Part shown: piece by piece, positions 26,408 to 37,859 of the stretch
Layout of the letters: each line of letters opens with the position of its first letter
How positions within the stretch are numbered: position 1 is the first letter of the stretch
Origin: Squalus acanthias
Lineage: Eukaryota
Assembly (NCBI GenBank): GCA_030390025.1
Contig: CM059431.1
Location: 138,882,001 to 138,946,000 of the forward strand
Direction: 5' to 3'
DNA: 64,000 nt
Program-made: the position numbers and the translations under genes
Notes under the pieces: model-generated
Database searches by the model: none
The model's input: the letters and a program-made list of their open reading frames with translations, nothing else
Told to the model about the DNA's origin: nothing

Positions 26408-27517
26408 CACTCCTGGCAGAATCCAAATATACTGTGAAACCACATACACAGCTGGCAGGATCCTGATACACTGTGAAACCCCATACACAGCTGGCAGGAT
26501 CCTGATACAATGTGAAACCCCATAGACACCTGGCAGGATCCTGAAACACTGAGACCCCATACACATCTGGCAGAATCCTGATACACTGTTCAAACCCCAA
26601 ACACACCTGGCAGGCTCCTGATAAACTGGGGAACCCGATAGACACCTGACAGGATCCTGATACACTGTGAAACCCCAAACACACCTGGCAGGCTCCCGAT
26701 AAACTAGGGAACCCCATAGACACCTGACAGTATCCTGATACACTGTGAAACCCCATACACACTGGGCAGGATCCTGATACACTGTGAAACCATATACATA
26801 CCGGACAGGATCCTGATACACTGTGAAACCCAATACACAGCTGGCAGGACTCTTATATACTGTGAAACCCCATAAACACCTGGCAGGATCCTCATAAACT
26901 GTGAAACCCCAAACACACCTGGCAGGCTCCTGATACACTCTTAAACCCCATACACACCTGGCAGGATCCTGATACACTATGAAACCCCATACACACCTGG
27001 CAGGATCCTGATACACTGTGAAAGCCCATACACACCTGGCAGGATCCTGATACACTGTGAAACCGCATATACACCTGGCAGGATCTTGATACACTATGAA
27101 AGCCCATACACACCTGGCAGGATCCTGATACACTGTGAAACCGCATATACACCTGGCAGGATCTTGATACAATGTGAAACCCCATACACATCTGGCAGGA
27201 TCCTGATACACTGTGAAACCCCATACACACCTGGCAGGATCCCGATACACTATGAAACCCCATACACACCTGGCAGGATCCTGATACACTGTGAAACCCC
27301 ATACACACCTGGCAGGATCCTGATACACTGTGAAACCGCATACACACCTGGCAGGATCTTGATACAATGTGAAACCCCATACACACCTGGCAGGATCCTG
27401 ATACACTGTGAAACCCCATACACACCTGGCAGGATCATGATACACTGTGAAACCCCATACACACCTGGCAGGATCCTGGTATGCTGTGAATCCCCATACA
27501 CACCAAGCAGGATCATG
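26408..27517. repeat. 39-bp satellite, array 2 right part
   Basis: Same unit, highly homogeneous at ~26950-27480. Confidence 0.95.
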
Positions 27518-28492
27518 GCCCTGGACAGTCTGTTAATAAATCTCTCATCAACCCCTCAATTTGAGAGCAGTTTTAACCCAGTGGTGACTCTATAAGGATC
27601 AGGTTTATGGAGCTGATATTACTGACACTGTCTGTGTTGAACTTAACGCTGCTATAACGCATTGATTAAGTAACGGCTGAAATTTCAGGAACGAATAAAC
27701 CGGCTGCAAAACTCTCCCCCAGCACCGGATTAATTCGGAAAATTAATGCAGACAAACTGGGCACAGGCCAGACACCGCAGTAGAGGTCCTTAAAACTGCA
27801 GAAATAAAATGGCCGGGGCAGCCAGGCCGTGTTTGTGCATTGCTGGGGATAAAGCATATCAGTTAGACGGACTGTACTGTGCCGCTCACAGAAAACACAA
27901 GAAGCTTCTGCGCAGGTGTTGTCCTGTCCCGCCAGGTGGGTGCGGGATATCTGCTGGAACTCGCCCGGCAGAGGCGCAGACTTCGAAACGGCGCCAGAGA
28001 ACGCTTTGTTCTGACCTGTCCCACTGTTTATCGTCTTAACAACAAGAATATCATTCTATGGGGTGGGTGGGGGGCAGATATGGTTTGCGATCCAGAATCC
28101 TGGATACCTCAGTTCAGCATCAGGGTAGTTCATAAAATCGGCAATTTCAGGATCTCTGTAATTAAAATCTGTAGATAGGGGATCACTTGTCCAGAACTTT
28201 TGACTGACCCCGAAATAAATACACCGATAACTTTCACGGTTTCACAGTGGGGGTGTTTTTATTAAATATATTTTAAAAGGTTTACTCTCGATTCTCTCGC
28301 ACCGATTATCTGGATTACCCCTGGAATTCTGTGACAGCAGAGGGAGCCTAGCCTTAAATAAAAACAGCAAATCACATCCGTTGAAAGCGGCCGTTCAAAC
28401 CCTCCAGTGCTGAAGTCATTGTCCAGAAACTCCGGTTAAACTTTACATTTCCCAAATGCTGGAATTTATTATTCAGCAGATGATTAAATGGA

Positions 28493-28815
28493 GGAACATC
28501 GGAGGAGTCCATTAAGCCCCTCAAACCCGTCCATTTAATGAGATTATTGCTGATCTCTATCTCAACCCCATCTACCTGCCTTTGATTCATTTCACTCCAT
28601 ACCCTTAAGTAATGCAAATCTGTCGATCTCAGCATGAAAAATAAAATCGGCACAGAATCCACAATTATTGGGGAGGAAATTCCATATTTCTATAATTATT
28701 GTGTTAAAAAGTGCTTGATGACTTCATTCCTGAACAGTCTGCCTCTAATTTTAGGTTTCCCCCACCCCGTTCTGGAATCCCCCACGACAGGAAATTTCTC
28801 TTTTCTATCGAATTC
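28493..28815 (-). mobile_element. Old degenerate CR1 3' fragment
   Basis: Resembles 55340-55620 (CCATT..AGCCCCTC..CCATTTAATGAGAT..GCTGATC; CCATACCCTT; AATTCCA..TGTGT.AA.AA). Confidence 0.55.
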
Positions 28816-28884
28816 TGTGGTGTGGGCCTGGGTCGGTGGGGTGTCTGTTTAAGAGCGGGTTCTTGTTGAGTCAATGCAGGGCAG

Positions 28885-31800
28885 CGTCAGTGGGGTGTCG
28901 GTATGATGCTGGATCAGTGGGGCATGGGTGTGGGGCTGGGTCAGTGGGGTGAGGGGCTGGGACAAAGTGGTATGGAACTGCGTCAGTGGGGTCCGGGACT
29001 GTGTCAGTGGGGTGCGGGGCTGTGTCAGTGGGGTGCGGGCTGTGTCAGTGGGGTGCGGGACTGTGTCAGTGGGGTGCGGGGCTGGGTCAGTGGGGTGCGG
29101 GGCTGTGTCAGTGGGGTGCGGGGCTGGGTCAGTGGGGTGCGAGGCTGGGTCAGTGGGGTGCGGGACTGGGTCAGTGGGGTGTGGGGCTGGGTCAGTGGTG
29201 TGTGAGGCTGGGTCAGTGGGGTGTGGGGCTGGGTCAGAGGGGTGAGGGGCTGGGTCAGTGGGCGGTGCTGTGTCAGTGGGGTGGGGTTGGGTCAGTGAGG
29301 GTGTGAGTCTGGGTCAGTGGGTTTTGAGGCTGTGTCAGTGGGGTGCGAAGTTGGGTCAGTGGGGTGCGGGGCTGTGTCAGTGGCTGCGAGGCTTGGTCAG
29401 TGGGGTGCGGGGCTGGGTCAGTGGGGTGCGGGGCTGGGTCAGTGGGTGCGAGGATATGTCAGTGGTGTGCGTGGCTGCGTCAGTGGGGTGTGAGGCTTGG
29501 TCAGTGGGGTGCGGGGCTGGGTCAGTGGGCTGTGGGGCTTGGTCAGTGGGTTGCGTGACTGAATCAGTGGTAAGCAGGGCTGGGTCAGTTGGTGTGGGGC
29601 TGCTTCAGTGGGGTGCGGGGCTGTATCAGTGGCTGTGGGGCTGGGTCAGTGGGTTGCACGACTGGATCAGTGGGATGCGGGGCTGGGTCAGTGAGTGTGG
29701 GGCTTGGTCAATCGGGTGGGTTTGTTTCAGTGTGGTGTGGGTCTGGGTCAGTCGGGTGTGGGGTTGGTTCGGTGGGGAGTGGGGCTGTGTCAGTGGGAAG
29801 TGGGGGCTGGGTCAGTGGGGAATGGGGCTGGGTCAGTGGATGCGGGGCTGCGTCAGTGGGGTGTGTGTCTGGGTCAGTGCGGAGTGTTTCTGCGTCAGTG
29901 GGGAGTGGTGCTGGGTAAGTGGGGTGCGGGGCAGGGTCAATGAGGTGAGTGGCTGTGCCAGTGTGGTGTGGGCCTCGGTCAGTGGGGTGTGGGGCTAGGT
30001 CGGTTGGGTGCGGGGCTGGGTCAGTGGGTTGTGGGGATGGGTCAGTGGGGTGCGGGGCTGGGTCAGTGGGGTGTGGATGTGGGGCTGGGTCAGTGATGTA
30101 TGGGGCTGTGTCAGTGGGGTTCGGGGCTGAGTCAGTGGGGTGTGGGTCTGGGTCTGTGTGGTGTGGGGCTGGATCAGTGTGATGTGGGGCTATTCTGTGA
30201 GGTGTGGGGCTGTGTCAGTGATGTGTGGGGCTGTGTCAGTGGGGTGTGGGGCTGGGTCAGTGGGGTGTGGGGCTGTGTCAGTGGGGCTGGGTCTGTGGGG
30301 TGTAAGGCTGGGTCAGTGGGGTGTGGGGTTGGGTCAATGATGTGTGGGGCTGTGTCAGTGGGTTGCGGGGCTGGGTCAATGAGGTGTGAGGCTGGGTCAG
30401 TGGGGTGTGGGGCTGGGTCAGTGGGGTGTGGGGCTGGGTCAGTGGGGTGTGGGGCTGGGTCAGTGGACTGTTGGGCTGGGTCATTGCGGTGCGGGACTGG
30501 TTCAGTGGGGTGTTGGGTTGGGTCAGTGTGGTGAGGGGCTGGGTCAATGGGGTGTGGGGTTGGGTCAGTGGGGTGTGGGGCTGGGTCAGTGGGGTGCGTG
30601 GCTGGGTAAGTGGGGTGTGTGGCTGAGTCAGTGGGGTGTGGGGCTGGGTCTGTGGGGTGTAAGGCTGGGTCAGTGGGGTGTGGGGTTGTGTCAGTGGGGT
30701 GTGGGGCTGTGTCAGTGGGTTGCGGTGCTGGGTCAATGAGGTGTGAGGCTGGGTCAGTGGGGTGTGGGGCTGCGTCAGTGGTTAGAGGGGATTTGTCAGT
30801 GGGATGTGCGGCTGGGTCTGTGGGTGTGGGGCTGGGGAAGTGAGGTGCGGCTCTGGAGCTGTGGGGTGCGTGGCTGTGGCAGTGGGGCGCGGAGCTGGGT
30901 CTTTGAGTTGTGCTGCAGCGTCAGGGGCGTGTGGTGATGCGTCATTTGGGTGTGGGGTTGGGTCAGTGGGGTATTGGGCTGGGTCAGTGGGGGGCGGGTC
31001 TGCGGTCAATGGGAGGCGGGGCCGTGTTCAGTGGGATGTTGGGCTGTGCCAGTGGTCTGCTGGTCTGAGTGAGTGGGGTGTGTGTCTTGGTCAGTGGTGT
31101 GAGTGGCTACTTCAATGGGGTATGGGGATCCGTCATTGGGCTGTGGGGTTTTGTCAGTGGGGTATGGGGCTTGGTCAGAGGGAGTGTGGGGCTGGGTCAG
31201 TGTGGTGTGGGGCTGGGTCAGTTTCGTGCGGGGCTGGTTCATTGGGGTGTGGTGCTGTTTTTAGTTGGATGTGGGGCTTGTTCAGTGGGGTGTGGTGCTG
31301 GGTCTGTTGGTTGTGTGGCTGGGACAGTGGGGTGCGGGGCAGTGTCAATGGGGTGTGGGGCTGGGTCAGTGTGGTGTGGGGCTGGGTCAGTGGGGTGTGG
31401 GGCTGGGTCAGTGGGTTGCGGGGCTGGGTCAGTGTGGTGTGGGGCTGGGACAGTGCGATGTGGGGCTGGGTCAGTGGGGTGCGGGGCTGGGTCAGTGGGG
31501 TGTGGATGTGGGGCTGGGTCAGTGATGTATGGGGCTGTGTCAGTGGGGTTCGGGGCTGAGTCAGTGGGGTGTGGGTCTGGGTCTGTGTGGTATGGGGCTG
31601 GATCAGTGTGATGTGGGGCTATTCTGTGAGGTGTGGGGCTGTGTGAGTGATGTGTGGGGCTGTGTCAGTGGGGTGTGGGGCTGGGTCAGTGGGGTGTGGG
31701 GCTGTGTCAGTGGGGTGTGGGGCTGGGTCTGTGGGGTGTAAGGCTGGGTCAGTGGGGTGTGGGGCTGGGTCAGTGGGTGTGGGGCTGGTCAGTGGTTGCG

Positions 31801-32520
31801 GGCTGGGTCAATGAGTTGTGAGGCTGGGTCAGTGGGGTATGGGGCTGGGTCAGTGGGGTGTGGGGCTGGGTCAGTGGGGTGTGGGGCTGGGTCAGTGGAC
31901 TGTTGGGCTGGGTCATTGTGGTGCGGGACTGGTTCAGTGAGGTGTTGGGTTGGGTCAGTGTGGTGAGGGGCTGGGTCAATGGGATGTGGGGTTGGGTCAG
32001 TGGGGTGTGGGGCTGGGTCAGTGGGGTGCGTGGCTGGGTCAGTGGGGTGTGTGGCTGTGTCAGTGTGGTGTGGGGCTGGGTCAGTGGGGCGTGGGGCTGG
32101 GTCAGTGGGTTGCGGGGCTGGGTCAGTGGGGTGTGGGGCTGGGACAGTGAGGTGTGGGGCTGGGTCAGTTGGGTGTGGGGCTGGGTCGATGGGTTGCGGG
32201 GCTGGGTGAGCGGGGTGTGGGGTTGGGTCAGGCAGGTGTTGTGCTGTGTCAGTGGGGTGCGGGACTGAGACAGTGGGTTGTAAGTGTTGGGCTGGGTCAG
32301 TGGGTGTGGGGCTGGGTCAGTGAGGTGTGGGTGTGGGGCTTGGTCAGTGGATGTGGGGCTGGGTGCGTTGGGTGTGTGGCTGGGTCATTGGGATATGGGT
32401 CTGGGTCAGTGGTGTGAGGGGCTTGGTCAGTGGGTTGTGGGGCTGGGACCGTGGGTTGTGGGGCTGGGTCAGTGGGGGTGTGGGCCTGGGCCAGTGTGTT
32501 GTGGGCTTTCAATGGGGTGT
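28885..32520. repeat. G-rich 21-bp minisatellite, left part
   Basis: Consensus GGGTCAGTGGGGTGTGGGGCT; 7-aa periodic translations. Internal block duplication at offset 1429 (ORFs 30100 and 31529). Confidence 0.95.
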
Positions 32521-32615
32521 CATAGAATCATAAAATCATAGAAATTTACAGCACAAAATGAGGCCCTGAGGCCCACCATGTTCGTGCCGGCCGACAAAGA
32601 GCTATCCAGCCTAAT
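32521..32615 (-). mobile_element. CR1-type 3' tail fragment
   Basis: CATAGAATCATAAAATCATAGAA is the reverse complement of an (ATTCTATG)n tail. A further minus-strand CR1 piece (CAFLVTT, ~33285-33330) lies beyond the + strand insert. Confidence 0.6.
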
Positions 32616-32632
32616 CGAAATGTTCAGTTCTT

Positions 32633-33283
32633 GGGTATGTTGGCCTTCATAGCGAGAGGATTCGAGTACAGGAGCAAGGATGACTTGCTGCAGTTGTACA
32701 GGGCCTTGGTGAGACCACACCTTGAGTACTGTGTGCAGTTTTGATCGCCTTATCTGAGGGAGGATGTTCTTGGTATGGAGGGAGTGCCGCGAAGATCCAC
32801 CAACTGATACCTAGGATGGCAGGAATGACGTATGAAGAGAGATTGGGACGATTGTATTCGCTAGAGTTTAGAAGAATGAGAGGGGATCTCATTGAAACTT
32901 ATAAAATTCTAAAGGACTAGACAGACTAGATGCAGGAAGGATGTTCCCGATGGCGGGGGACTCCAGAACCAGGGATCACATTCTAAGGATAAGGGTAAGC
33001 CATTTAGGACTGAGATGAGGAGGAATTTCTTCACCCAGAGAGTGGTGAACCTGTGGAATTCTCTACCACAGAAGGCAGTTGATGCCAATTCATTAAATAT
33101 ATTAAGACGGAGTTAGATATATTTCTTAAGGCTAAAGGGATCAAGGGATATGGGGAGAAAGCAGGGACAGGGTACTGAATTTGGATGATCAGCCATGATC
33201 TTATTGAATGGCGGAGCAGGCTCGAGGGGCCGAATGGCCTACTCCTGCTCCTATCTTATATGTTTCTATGTTTCTATGTTTCT
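32633..33283 (+). mobile_element. CR1 3' fragment (5'-truncated)
   Basis: LYRALVRPHLEYCVQF.., EFRRMRGDL, FFTQRVVNLWNSL; 3'UTR GAGCAGGCTCGAGGGGCCGAATGGCCTACTCCTGCTCC plus (CTATGTTT)n tail. Confidence 0.93.
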
Positions 33284-33395
33284 AATGTGGTGACCAGAAA
33301 TGCACGCAGTATTCTAGCTGGGGCCTTACTAGTTCAAGCATAACTATGCTGCCTAGGCTTGGCCAATATGTTTTGCGGCTGTGCCGATGGAGTGT

Positions 33396-33420
33396 GGGTT
33401 AGGGTTAGGGTTAGGGTTAG
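33396..33420 (+). repeat. Short interstitial telomeric repeat GGG(TTAGGG)3TTAG
   Basis: GGGTTAGGGTTAGGGTTAGGGTTAG read directly. Confidence 0.9.
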
Positions 33421-34345
33421 TGGGGTGTGGGGCTGGGTTAGTGGGTTGTGGGGCTGGGCCAGTGTGGTGTGGGGCTCGGTCAGTGGGGTGTGGGGCTGGG
33501 CCAGTGTGGTGTGGGGCTGGGCCAGTGTGGTGTGGGGCTGGGTCAGTGGGGTGTGGGGCTGGGTTAGTGGGTTGTGGGGCTGCGTCAGTGGGGTGTGGGG
33601 CTGAGTTAGTGGGGTGTGGGGCTGGGTCAGTGGCGTGTGGGGCTGGGCCTGTGTGGTGTGGGGCTGGGTCAGCGGGGTTGTGGCTGGGTCAGTGTGGTGA
33701 GGGGCTGGGGCACTGTGATGTTGGGCTTCGTCAGTGGTGTGTGGGGCTTGGTCAGTGGGGTGTGGGGCTGTGTCATTGAGGTTTGAGGCGGGTTCAGTGG
33801 TGTGTGGGGTTGGGTCAGTGGGGTTTGGGGCTATGTCAGTGGGGTGTGGGGCTGGTTCAGTGAGGTTTGGGGCTTTGTCAATGGGGACGGGGCTGGCCTA
33901 GTTGGATGAGACGCTGTGTCAATGGGGTGCGGGACTGTGTCAGTGGGGTGTGGGGCTGGGTCAGTGGGGTGCTTGGTTGGGTCAGTGGGGTGTGGGGCAT
34001 GGTCAGTGGGGTGCGGGGCTGGGTCAGTGGGGTGTGGGGATGGGTCAGTGATCTGTGGGGCTGGGTCAGAGGGGTGCGGGGCTGGTTCAGTGGGGTGTGG
34101 GGCTGGGTCAGTGGGATGTGGGGCTGGGTCAGTGGGAAGTGGGGCTGGGTCAGTGGGATGTGGGGCTGGGTCAGTGGGGTGTGGGGCTGGATCAGTGGGA
34201 TGTGGGGCTGGGTCAGTGGGATGTGGGCCTGTGTCTTTGGGCTGTGGGGCTGGGTCAGTGGAATGTGGGTCTGGGTCAGTGGGGTGTGGGGCTGGGTCAG
34301 TGGGGTGTGGGGTTGGGTCAGTGGTGCGCGGGGCTAGGTCAGTTG
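33421..34345. repeat. G-rich 21-bp minisatellite, right part
   Basis: Same unit as 28885-32520. Confidence 0.95.
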
Positions 34346-34349
34346 TGTG

Positions 34350-34808
34350 ACAAATAGCATCAAAACTCTGCTCTCCGATCATTCCTGTCCTTGCAAACCT
34401 ATATGTGCTTCCGGTTCCCCAGCACCTCCAATTTAAAACGTCCATCGTCTTTAAAATCCCTTCATGGTCATGTCCCTCATTTTCTGTGCAACCTCCATCA
34501 GCCCTAGAGTCCTCCACCACCAAGATCTCTCTATTTCTGCGACTCTGTCATCTTGTGGCATTTCACCCTCTCCTCCCCCCATCTATGGAGGCTGTGCCTT
34601 CGGCTGTCCCGGCTCAATGCTCATCAATTCCCCACCTAAACCTCTCCAGCTCCCCCCTCCTTTAGAACCCTCCGAAACTCACTGCTGTGACCAACATTCT
34701 GACCACGCCTCCTTCTTCCTCCTTTAATCTGAGCTCATCTTTTGTCGTAGTTTTCTTCTGTGAACCCCTTTGCGATGTGTTTCGATGGAAATGCAAGTTG
34801 TTGTTGCT
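34350..34808 (+). mobile_element. Degenerate L2 LINE 3' end
   Basis: IIPVLANLYVLPVPQHLQFK..VFK.LHG resembles the L2 motif HITPVLxxLHWLPV..I.FK. Ends in a GAAATGCAAGTTGTTGTTG tail. Confidence 0.6.
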
Positions 34809-34950
34809 GTGTGTTTATTGTACCAGTGTCAGCGTGAGTGACACAGCAGATAACTGAATCTCACAAGATCTCAAACTTGGTTATAAGTAAATGCCGGAGA
34901 ATAACTTGCACTATAGTTTGTAGAAATCACTGAGCCGAGACTGAATCACC

Positions 34951-35050
34951 TTTACATTTCCCCAGTGGGGGAAAGGAAAGGACACTGACTGATTGTTTGA
35001 TTGGATGCACGTGTGTGGACACACACAGCGAGACACGCGCACAAGTGGAG
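34951..35050 (+). promoter_or_regulatory. Candidate NLR promoter module
   Basis: ACATTTCCCC, GGGGAAAGGAAAG (IRF/ISRE-like), inverted CCAAT (ATTGG 35000-35004) and CACGTG (35008). Lies ~0.9 kb upstream of the ATG and is conserved in the duplicate at 20021-20122 (except CACGTG). Confidence 0.35.
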
Positions 35051-35898
35051 AGTAAAACAGTGATTGTAAAACAGCAGGCAAATCTACCACTTTTATATAT
35101 ATGGCCATTTCTGAGATGGATAAATACTGTGAAAATATTCCACTAATCAATGCTGTGCATCACCTCACTGTTTATAGTTACATGATTCACAGCATTATAC
35201 ATTAGTGTTAATATTAGTGGAACAGCAGTAAATGGCCGCACCCCCTACAGAGCTCATCAGTCAGATGCTGACACCATGAGAGATATTGATCAATATAGAA
35301 GCACCAACCAGGACACATCTCCATGAACACACGGACAATGTCAAAACCCATAGAGACCAGAGGATCACACCCAGCGATATATTGTGTGTGTGGATAGATA
35401 TCATATTCATAAAGTACTGAAATTTAATATCAAAACTCAATCAAAAACTTTCAACACAAATCTGTGAATAAAAATAATCCAATACCATCAGACAGCGTAA
35501 AACCGAGTGGTGGAACATTCAATTCATCAATGATCACCCGCTCCATATTTCCCTGCAGAATATTCTCTACCTCAGGAATAAAGCTGGTTTTGGTCTGCAC
35601 TGTGTGAGTAAATCTCACCAATGGGCGCTCCCAGTGGGGAGTCTCTATCGACCCGTCTGGAACTCGATTGTGGAGATCAGCGGGACTCACTGGATTTCAC
35701 TGGGCAGCTGTCTGTGTCCCACCTGATGTGGAGAGTTGATCGTAACACTCGGGAACTGCTCGATCCCAGAGCAACAGTTGTTGTACTGATGGGAGAGGAG
35801 GCAAGGTACTCCTTCTCATTTTAATATTTCCATCTAACCCTCCTATCAATATTCTATTTATTACAGAGCAACAGAATCTAGGAACTCCTGTCACCACC

Positions 35899-35962
35899 AT
35901 GGCTGAAGTTCCAAACAGGGGAGAAGATCCAACATCTTCAACAAGAATGAGAATGGCCACAG
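35899..35962 (+). CDS. NLR coding exon 1 (MAEVPNRGEDPTSSTRMRMAT)
   Basis: Strong Kozak CCACCATGG, upstream acceptor TTATTACAG (35866), donor AG/GTAGG; 64 nt, phase 1, matching the next exon. Confidence 0.75.
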
Positions 35963-36305
35963 GTAGGTTCACAAAATTCTTTAAAAGATCATTTCTGTCC
36001 TGACAAAAGGTCCAGATCTCTTGCAATAACCTGCAGCTCACACAGAAAGTGGGAACAGGACAGGGGCTGAGTACAAAGAGCGAAGTAAGCGATCATCTCG
36101 AGCAGTCACAGGTGGAGGGAGACCCTGAGTACTGGAATTGTCCTAAAGATACCTGGTATTGGGGACTGTAAGGTGGAGAATGACAGTGACTCCATTGAGG
36201 GTCTTCCTGAGCAAAAGTTTGACACCAGGAGCAGGAGGTCACCCCGAGTGGGGCGAGGGTGAGAGGCAGGTGGGGCACAGGAATAGAACGGCGATAAACG
36301 ACCCT

Positions 36306-36737
36306 AACATGTAGAGTTCCAATTCTTTTAGTCTATCTTGAGAACTAAGATGCTTTAGACTGGGAATTATTCTAGTGGCCCTCCTCTGCACTCTTTCCAA
36401 GGCCTCAATATTACCCACCATGCGAGGAGACCAAAACTGGACACAATATTCCAAGTGAGGCCTGACCATGGTCTTGCAAAATACTATTCCTCGTCTTATA
36501 CCCAATTGTCATCTGAATGCACCCCAAAACCCTGTTTGCTCGAGCTTTCACTGCACGGTATTGCTCATGTATTTTTAGACATGTATGCACTAGAGAGCCC
36601 AGATCTTTCTTTCTCCACCTCCCTTACTGTTTCTCCATGAAGGGTGTATGAATGTTGAGCATTCACCCTGCCCACATGCACAATACTCCACTTATCAAAG
36701 TTAAACATAATTTGCCAGTCATCAGCACAATCTCCCA
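36306..36737 (-). mobile_element. Degenerate CR1 RT fragment in NLR intron
   Basis: MVRPHLEYCVQFWSP..ALERVQRRATRII..DRLKELELY; ADDWQIMFNFDK. Confidence 0.85.
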
Positions 36738-36933
36738 AAACATTACGAAACAGATTTGTTGAGATATGACTATACAGGCCAAAGGAATGTCTTACATGCG
36801 GTGTATAAGGGTTACCAGAAGCTGATGGATAATGTGGCTCACAGGAGGCTTCAGCCGATTGATATAAGAAGAAATGTAACCACCTGGGTAGAAAGTGGAT
36901 AACGTGTTTAATTTACTCAAGTTGGGTTCACAG

Positions 36934-37100
36934 ATCCGAACTCTACAATCACTCAATTCTTGACAAATTGCGACGATTACCAGCTGTTCCAGTTTACGAA
37001 ATTCTACCGGGACAGACTGGAACAGGCGATGGAAGGAGGGGTGGATGGAGTCAGCTCGCTGTTAACATACGAGAGGCATTTCAGTGGACAAGAACATCGG
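36934..37100 (+). CDS. NLR coding exon 2 (N-terminal half of CARD-like domain)
   Basis: Acceptor TTCACAG, donor CGG/GTAAGT; open as DPNSTITQFLTNCDDYQLFQFTKFYRDRLEQAMEGGVDGVSSLLTYERHFSGQEHR; phase 1 to 0. Confidence 0.82.
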
Positions 37101-37609
37101 GTAAGTGGGAGGGACACATAATTAGTTCGGATTATTTAAATATCACAGATCGGACAGGATATCAGATGTTAAAATGTTACTGAAGTGAAGCAGGCCAAAT
37201 ACGAACGAAATGGATAAAACTGAAAATATTCTGAATCTGAAACAATGATGCAATGATGTCAAAATACCCAGCGGAGCCGTCAGTATCTGTACAAAGGACA
37301 GGGGAATGGTTCGGTTATAAGTCATGTGTGGGCTGAAAACAAAGGGAAACAACTTTACTGGGACTGGGAAAAGGAGAGGCCAGAGGCAACAGACAGGAGT
37401 TAGAGGGAAGGTGAAAAAATAAAAACTACTTAAAGAAAATTAAGGAGCTGAGATGACAAAAATCATCTGCAGAGTGAATGAGAGGCATTTGAAGAACAAA
37501 AACAAAAATGTTAAAATGCACGAAACCCGAACAGGGAAACTAACCACAAAACTGTGGGGATTCAAAGACCGAGGCCGTGCAGGGTTTATTTTCTCCGCCA
37601 TACTTCACC

Positions 37610-37826
37610 GGGGTCAATTTTAACTTCGGCAGAGGCGCAATACGGGCAGTAGAACCAGTCGTGGAGCGACACTCCCCGGGAGAAAACTTCAGGAAATTAC
37701 AGCAAGCAGCCTATACTATTCTGTCAGTTAACTTCAATGGAATAGAAGTAAATGGAAATGATAATCGAGCAGGCTGTATAATGGACGGCCTATCAGCTAC
37801 CAGCAGTCAAGTTAAAAATCTAGGCA
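37610..37826. mobile_element. Possible degenerate MITE
   Basis: Imperfect terminal inverted repeats GGGTCAATTTTAACTT / AAGTTAAAAATCTAGGC about 215 bp apart. Confidence 0.3.
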
Positions 37827-37859
37827 ACCGAGTCCAATCCCAAACGTCGGCTCAAAATG

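Noticed and set aside
28903..34357. Gly/Cys/Trp-rich keratin-associated-like or Pro/Thr mucin-like ORFs
   Set aside because: These are translations of a 21-bp minisatellite, open in all frames.
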